Of a stretch of DNA of 64,000 nucleotides, positions 58,394 through 64,000 are shown piece after piece. Where the stretch lies: the NCBI GenBank assembly GCA_039809385.1, contig JBDHUY010000005.1, positions 32,001 to 96,000 of the forward strand, read 5' to 3'. The notes under the pieces were generated by a model. It ran no database searches, had not been told where the DNA came from, and saw only the letters and a program-made list of their open reading frames with translations. The position numbers and the translations under genes are program-made. This stretch comes from Candidatus Altimarinota bacterium. Lineage in GTDB: Bacteria > Patescibacteriota > Gracilibacteria > JBDHUY01. How positions within the stretch are numbered: the first letter of the stretch is position 1; every line of letters starts with the position of its first letter.

Positions 58394-59632
58394 CTACTCG
58401 TACCGCAAGGCCTCGATCGGATTTAGCCGGGAAGCTTTGCGGGCGGGATAAAATCCGAACAGAATTCCTACGATCAGCGAAACGCTCAAAGATACAACGA
58501 TCGAGTCAGCGGAGATCAGAAAATCCCAGTTATATTCGAGATTTTTAGCCACAATTGCCACCAAGTACGCCACCAAACTGCCGATACTCATGCCAATCAG
58601 TCCGCCGATACCGGTCAGTACCATACTTTCAATAACGAACTGGTTCTGGATCTGGCGCGGGGTAGCTCCAATCGCTTTTCTCAAACCAATTTCGCGCGTT
58701 CGTTCTTTGACGGTCATCAGCATGATATTCATCACGCCGATCCCTCCGACCAACAGCGAAATTGCGGCAATACAGGCCAGAAAAAGTTTCAGCGCGTCGG
58801 TTACCACGGTAAAGATCGCCAGGGCTTGCTCAAGGCTGGTAACAGTAAAATCGTCGTCCTCGGGTCGTTTAATGTCGTGCCTGAACCGGAGCGTACTACG
58901 GATTTGTTCCATAGCCGGAGCAATATTCTCGGCTCGGTCAATCTTGATTCGCATCAAGCCCAAATGTCGGATTCCCAACAAGAGCTTTTGGGCTGCCGTG
59001 ATCGGAATCAACACCTGCTGATCGGGGTTGCTGAACCCAGCCTGTCCTTTCTTGGCCAGCACCCCAATAACGGTAAAGGCTTCGTTCTTGATCTTGATCT
59101 TTTCTCCCAACGGATTGGATGTATTGGGAAAAAGCTCGCGGAAGAGTTCGTCTCCCAGAACTGCAACTCTGGCGGCACTTTGTTCTTCCTGAACGTCAAA
59201 AAACCGTCCCAATGCGACCTCGTGATTTTCTACCGACGGATAAGACGCGGTGATCCCGCTAAAAGTTCCTTCGGTCTGCACGTTGCCGGCGGTCATTTCA
59301 CCAAATCCGCGCGAATAAGCCGATACGCCCTCGACGCCCGGCAGCTTTTCGATCGCTTTGGCGTCGTCGAGCGTCAGGGTCGTTATGACGATTCCTAGTA
59401 CGGCCGCCGGTGGGCCGCTGTCGCCGCCCTTACCGGGTAGTACCCCTACCAGATTGGTGCCGATGCTGCGGATCGAATTGGTGATCAGGCTCTGCGCGCC
59501 CGCGCCGACCGATATGATAATGATGACCGAGGCAATCCCGATAATGATCCCCAGCATGGTCAAAAGCGTGCGGCCTTTGTTTACCAGCAAGCCCCGAATC
59601 GCGAGTTTTATGGTAAGAAAAATACTGGGCAT
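58394..59632 (-). CDS. MacB/FtsX-like ABC transporter permease
   Basis: RTLLTMLGIIIG, ERTREIGLRKAIGA, NPIEALRYE. Confidence 0.92.
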   Translation of the reverse strand: MPSIFLTIKLAIRGLLVNKGRTLLTMLGIIIGIASVIIIISVGAGAQSLITNSIRSIGTNLVGVLPGKGGDSGPPAAVLGIVITTLTLDDAKAIEKLPGVEGVSAYSRGFGEMTAGNVQTEGTFSGITASYPSVENHEVALGRFFDVQEEQSAARVAVLGDELFRELFPNTSNPLGEKIKIKNEAFTVIGVLAKKGQAGFSNPDQQVLIPITAAQKLLLGIRHLGLMRIKIDRAENIAPAMEQIRSTLRFRHDIKRPEDDDFTVTSLEQALAIFTVVTDALKLFLACIAAISLLVGGIGVMNIMLMTVKERTREIGLRKAIGATPRQIQNQFVIESMVLTGIGGLIGMSIGSLVAYLVAIVAKNLEYNWDFLISADSIVVSLSVSLIVGILFGFYPARKASRLNPIEALRYE

Positions 59633-59942
59633 GGGGGAAAAAGATCAAAGGTCATGCAAAAGTCAAAACCGAATTATATCGCTGTTTATGCATTCGATAC
59701 ATAATCTCTCGATACTCATCTATCAACGACGCTGCCTGTTTTTCCTAGAACTTCTGGAGCTTCAGTCTTCAATCTATTCGGGAGTAAAATTACTATGGTT
59801 TGGTATTTCTATTCGTTTGTCAATTATCAATATTGCAAGAGCGTTTCGATGAATTCCTATTAATTTCCATAAATTTCTTTTCATCTGTGGGTGGTAGCTA
59901 TTTTTTCCAACTTTAGTCTTTTTATTTTTCGTCCTTCCTCTG

Positions 59943-60638
59943 TCAGGACAAGCTTTTCACTGCCTTATCCTCGACGATCACCCCATCCTTGAGGCGGATG
60001 ATCCGTTTAGCATTGGCGGCTACGTCTTCTTCGTGGGTGACCATGATAATCGTTTTGCCTTCCCTGTTGAGTGTTTTAAATATTTCCATAATTTCCACAC
60101 TGGACTTACTATCGAGATTGCCGGTCGGCTCGTCGGCAAACAGGATGCGGGGTTGATTGACAAGAGCTCGGGCGATTGCCACGCGTTGTTGTTGTCCTCC
60201 CGACAGTTCGCTCGGTGTATGCTCCATTCTTTCGCCTAATCCGACCGCTTCCAGCGCAGCTTTTGCTCTTTTTTGCTGCTCGGAAGCTTTAATATGGGCG
60301 TAAATCATGGGCAATTTTACATTTTCCAGGGCGCTCGTCCGGGCCAACAGATGAAATTGCTGAAACACGAAGCCTACTTTCTTGTTACGAATCTCGGCCA
60401 AATCTTCTTCATCAAGTTTTTCTACCGGTTTATTATCGAAGAAATAGTGCCCAGAAGTCGGAATATCCAGAAACCCGATAATATTCATCAAAGTCGATTT
60501 ACCCGAACCCGAAGGGCCCATGATGGCCACGAACTCGCCTTCTTCGATTTTCAGTGATACACCTTTCAAAACGTGCGTCACTAAGTTCTTGCCCATTACA
60601 TAATCTTTCGTAATGTTCTGAATATCAATAAGCGACAT
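59943..60638 (-). CDS. ABC transporter ATP-binding protein (MacB/LolD-like)
   Basis: GPSGSGKST, LSGGQQQR, DEPTGNLD, H-loop. Confidence 0.95.
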   Translation of the reverse strand: MSLIDIQNITKDYVMGKNLVTHVLKGVSLKIEEGEFVAIMGPSGSGKSTLMNIIGFLDIPTSGHYFFDNKPVEKLDEEDLAEIRNKKVGFVFQQFHLLARTSALENVKLPMIYAHIKASEQQKRAKAALEAVGLGERMEHTPSELSGGQQQRVAIARALVNQPRILFADEPTGNLDSKSSVEIMEIFKTLNREGKTIIMVTHEEDVAANAKRIIRLKDGVIVEDKAVKSLS

Positions 60639-60784
60639 AGGGCGGGTAATTTCTAAAAACTAAATGCTAAATCCGAAATAAATAACGTCAATCTGTGGAG
60701 GAGAAATGACAAATCAAGTTCAAATGATAAAGCGCAAAGTTCAATCCGCCGTGGCGGATAAATATCAAATAACCAACTTTGAAA

Positions 60785-62770
60785 TTAAACCTTTTTTTCT
60801 CCCAAGATGACCATATCGCCTTCGTTTAGGCCTTCCAGAATCTCCACGGTCTTGGTGCCCGAAAGTCCGAGTTTCACGGTTACTTCGCTCGGTTGTCCGT
60901 CTTTGAGCAGCTTCACAAACGGCTTGTTGTCGCGATACTGGATCGCCTGAGGAGAAATGGTGAGCGTGCTGTTCCTTTTTTCGGTGGTTAAATCGAGATT
61001 GGCGGTCATTCCCGGTTTGATACGATTGTCGGTCTGGTCGAATACCACTTTGATCTGATAGTAGATAACTCCCTGCACAATCGTTTCGGCAGGATCGATC
61101 GAGGCTACTTTCCCGGTAAAAACATCATCCAGGCTGAGCGCGTCAAAGGTCATACGAACCGGGTCGTTGACCTTGACTTTGGCAATATCGGTTTCGGAAA
61201 TATTGGCCCGGATCTTCAGTTCGGGCGAAATAAGCACGAACATGATATCGGCCGAGGAAACGCTCTCGCCCACTTTTTTGTTTACCTGGGTGATGGTCCC
61301 ATCGGCAGGAGAGACCAGCTCCATCTCTCTGATATTCTGCAAAGCCAATTGGTACGCAGCCTGGGCCGCATTAACCTGAGCTGCTAAAGAGGCGGTATCG
61401 ACCGGACGAGGTGCCGCAGCTTTGGCATCGTAGGAACTTTTGGCCGTATTGATCGCCACTTGCTTGAGTGAGACTTCTGACTGGGCCGAAGCTAGCAATT
61501 TCTGATTTTCAATTAAGGTTTGCTCGAGTGAGGATCGGGCGGTTAACAGACTATTTTCAGCTGTATCGATGCCGGAAATTGCTTTATCCAGCAAATCCTT
61601 AGCAGTATCGACGGCGGCTTTGGCATTGTCTATACTGGTACCCGTCGAGACATCTTTCCCGGAAATATCCAAACGGGCGTTTTTAATCGACTGGGTAGTA
61701 TTCTGAAGCGAATTGATACTGTCGGTGATAGCTTTTTCCTGGGTAGCCATTGAAGTTTTCAGATTTTCCAACTCGCTTAAGGTAAAACTGCCCGAAGAAA
61801 TCGTATTGTTCAGCAATGTAAAAACGTTGCTGAGCAGGCTTTTGTTTTTAATCAGCGCATCCTGCGTTATCGAAATCAATCGATCCACTTCGTTTTCCTG
61901 CCAGGTTCCGTAGATCCGATTATATTCGCTTTCGGCACTGGCCGCAGCCGTCTTGGCGGGAATATAGCCATCATATGCCCGATTGATGCTTTCCGAGTTC
62001 AGAACTCCCAAATAGTCTTCAAACTCGTCGTTCAGATTTTGTTGCTCAATGCCTAGTACGCTGTCGGTTGCCGGGATAGCCGATTTCATCTGAATCAAAG
62101 CGATATTGATCACAGACCGGGCATTATCGTAGGCGTTTTTTAAAGCCTGCACTGCCACTTCTTTTGTATTCGTTTGTGAGAGTAACGCGTTCTGGTATTG
62201 TTTCTCGGCGTTTTTGACCGCGATTTCAGCATTTGTTTTCTGGATGCGTGCGTTTTCCAGAGTTTTTTGGGCGCTGTCGATGCCTACCTGCGACTTTCTC
62301 TCGTTTTCCTGAGCTGTAGAACGCGCCAATTCCAAATTTATCAACGCCGTGTCATAGCCTACCTGCGCGCTGTCTATCTGTTTTTGCAAGACATCGAGTT
62401 CCTGGCTTGGCGCTCCGGCTTGCCGGGCAGCCAGGCTGCCTTGGGCTGAGGCAACGTTGGCCCGGGCCTGTTCGGCCTGTATTTCCAGTGTAGCGGTGTC
62501 GAGTTTTGCCAGCAAAGTATTTGTGGATACTATTTGTCCTACTTCGGCATTTATATCGCGAATTGTGCCCGGTTTTTCAAATCTCAATTCGATGCGGTCA
62601 TCCGATTCGGCCGTGCCGGTGGCGGATACAATCTGCTCAACGTCAGACCGTACCACTGTTTCGGTCAGATATTCGATTTTGACTGGTTTCGGCCAGAAGG
62701 CATAAGCAATCAAAACGAGGATAATGAGAACGACTCCGTATTTTATCAGTCGGCGGATTTTCTTTTTCAT
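60785..62770 (-). CDS. Efflux membrane-fusion (MacA/HlyD-like) adaptor with a very long coiled coil
   Basis: N-terminal TM; lipoyl halves (G..V...LAKLD / SPADGTI); ISETDIAKV; KPGMTA; GLNEGD. Confidence 0.9.
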   Translation of the reverse strand: MKKKIRRLIKYGVVLIILVLIAYAFWPKPVKIEYLTETVVRSDVEQIVSATGTAESDDRIELRFEKPGTIRDINAEVGQIVSTNTLLAKLDTATLEIQAEQARANVASAQGSLAARQAGAPSQELDVLQKQIDSAQVGYDTALINLELARSTAQENERKSQVGIDSAQKTLENARIQKTNAEIAVKNAEKQYQNALLSQTNTKEVAVQALKNAYDNARSVINIALIQMKSAIPATDSVLGIEQQNLNDEFEDYLGVLNSESINRAYDGYIPAKTAAASAESEYNRIYGTWQENEVDRLISITQDALIKNKSLLSNVFTLLNNTISSGSFTLSELENLKTSMATQEKAITDSINSLQNTTQSIKNARLDISGKDVSTGTSIDNAKAAVDTAKDLLDKAISGIDTAENSLLTARSSLEQTLIENQKLLASAQSEVSLKQVAINTAKSSYDAKAAAPRPVDTASLAAQVNAAQAAYQLALQNIREMELVSPADGTITQVNKKVGESVSSADIMFVLISPELKIRANISETDIAKVKVNDPVRMTFDALSLDDVFTGKVASIDPAETIVQGVIYYQIKVVFDQTDNRIKPGMTANLDLTTEKRNSTLTISPQAIQYRDNKPFVKLLKDGQPSEVTVKLGLSGTKTVEILEGLNEGDMVILGEKKV

Positions 62771-62995
62771 ACAACGCGGGCAAGAAATAAACTGAAGGTA
62801 TTAATATATTACTTTTTTGGTAAACGCTTCAAGGTCTTTTGGGTGTCAGGCAGCATAGTCTCGATCTCCTGTCGCAGGGAGTTATACATCTCCTGCAGAT
62901 CAGAGGCCTTGATTAGTCCGATGGCCTGATCGTCTTTAAGCAATACCAGCAACTGGTCGCCTTCTTGTAATTTCAAAATATCCCGGACTTCCTTA

Positions 62996-63837
62996 GGTTG
63001 TGTTAACATAAGTAAGGTGATAGAATACTAGGAGTATATAACCCAATGCCTATGTACCAAATGCTTACAGAAGATCAGTTCAAGCTGATTGCCCCGTTGT
63101 TTCCAAAACCAAGAAAGCCCGAAACAATATCACTACGAAGATGCTTTGACGCGATCTGCTATGTACTCAAGAGTGGATGTGGCTGGAGACAACTACCGTA
63201 CGACTACCGCGAAAAAGAGGGGGACTGGCATACAATATACACACGATACAAACGTTGGAGTGAGTCGGGATTGATGGGAAGAATCCTGAGAGCGTTGGAG
63301 GTTGCGGACGTCCTGCAAGTGCGGATCGCCTTTCTGGACAGTACGACGGTTCGAGCACATCATGCGGCATCCGGTGCGCTTAAAAAAAGGGCCCTCAATC
63401 ACTTGGGAGATCCAAAGGAGGGTTTACTACCAAAATCCATATGATCGCAGGAGATCCAGATCATGGAATGCATTTCTCTCTTTCACCGGCAAATACCAGC
63501 GACTTCAGTGCCGGAATGAAACTGATTCATGAGTACCAGTTCCCAGATTCGGTTACTCATCTGGTCATGGATAAAGGATATTCATCCTATGAAACACTCA
63601 GGGTGTGCAATGAAAAACAGATTGAAGCGGTCGTTCCACCCAAATCAAATTTTAAATACCCCTGGTTGTACAACAAAAACATGTATCTCTATCGCAACGA
63701 GATTGAACGTCATTTCAACCGACTCAAAAACTTCAGAAGAATCGCTACCAGATATGATAAACTTGATCTCACCTATTCGGCTTTCATTCTCATCGGTATC
63801 ATTGCTCTCATTCTTAAAGTTATATGTTAACAGCTCC
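62996..63837 (+). mobile_element. IS5-family insertion sequence (IS427-like group), 842 bp
   Basis: Imperfect 15-bp terminal IRs GGTTGTGTTAACATA / GGAGCTGTTAACATA; TA target duplication at 62994-62995 and 63838-63839. Confidence 0.9.
63046..63830 (+). CDS. IS5-family transposase encoded in two frames (-1 shift at an A7 run, 63382-63388)
   Basis: OrfA ...GCGWRQLP...FLDSTTVRAH; -1 frame gives GRSKGGFTTKIH...MDKGY...YRNEIERHFNRLKNFRRIATRYDK. Confidence 0.9.
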
Positions 63838-64000
63838 TAGGGATTACGATCTGGCCTTTGCTTCCGAGGGTAGCCGTTCCGTATATTTTGCACCAGTGGG
63901 CTAGATTTTTGGCAATTGGTGGTGATGACTTTTTCATAAAACGCATGGATAAGAAATCTCACTGGACAGTATAACTAGTTGGAAAAGTATGATCAAGCGA

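Larger units (their letters stand above)
62809..63937 (-). pseudogene. AbrB/MazE/SpoVT family regulator interrupted by an IS
   Basis: Removing the IS and one TA restores ...YGTATLGSKGQIVIP|KEVRDILKLQEGDQLLV... Confidence 0.85.

Noticed and set aside
1-64000. Alternative genetic code (TGA=Gly, code 25) or global TAG recoding
   Set aside because: Long conserved genes are uninterrupted in code 11. TGA ends genes at expected positions (lgt with ATGA coupling, the ABC ATPase) and TAG ends several complete genes.
1-64000. CRISPR array or cas genes
   Set aside because: No regularly spaced identical repeats with unique spacers; the long repeats are intragenic or only two-copy.

Overview
Bacterial DNA read in genetic code 11. 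The gene inventory suggests a Patescibacteria/CPR genome (inference): short AlaRS lacking C-Ala, many SLH proteins, a CPR-type Zn-ribbon remnant and pyrimidine-rich leaders without Shine-Dalgarno sites. 1-15.5 kb is a surface-protein cluster: a giant Ig/Fn3-repeat protein plus three SLH proteins sharing a Cys-pair C-terminal module. 15.5-24.5 kb holds accessory genes, tRNA-Arg(CCG), a vapBC-like pair, a half-length priA with an in-frame REP palindrome and a DUF4139 gene. 24.5-30.2 kb is a three-gene operon of unknown exported proteins. 30.5-38.3 kb pairs a stand-alone FG-GAP protein with a Sec-exported SpvB/YD/RHS protein that lacks its internal propeller, has looped-out IPT/TIG domains and ends in a His/Cys hydrolase-like tail. 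A cyclodipeptide synthase lies divergent from alaS. Then come accessory genes, including a serpin-like ORF split by one TAG. The window ends with prfA, lgt, ctpA and a MacAB-like ABC operon whose leading abrB-like gene is interrupted by an IS5-family element. All calls come from motif reading by eye; no searches were run.
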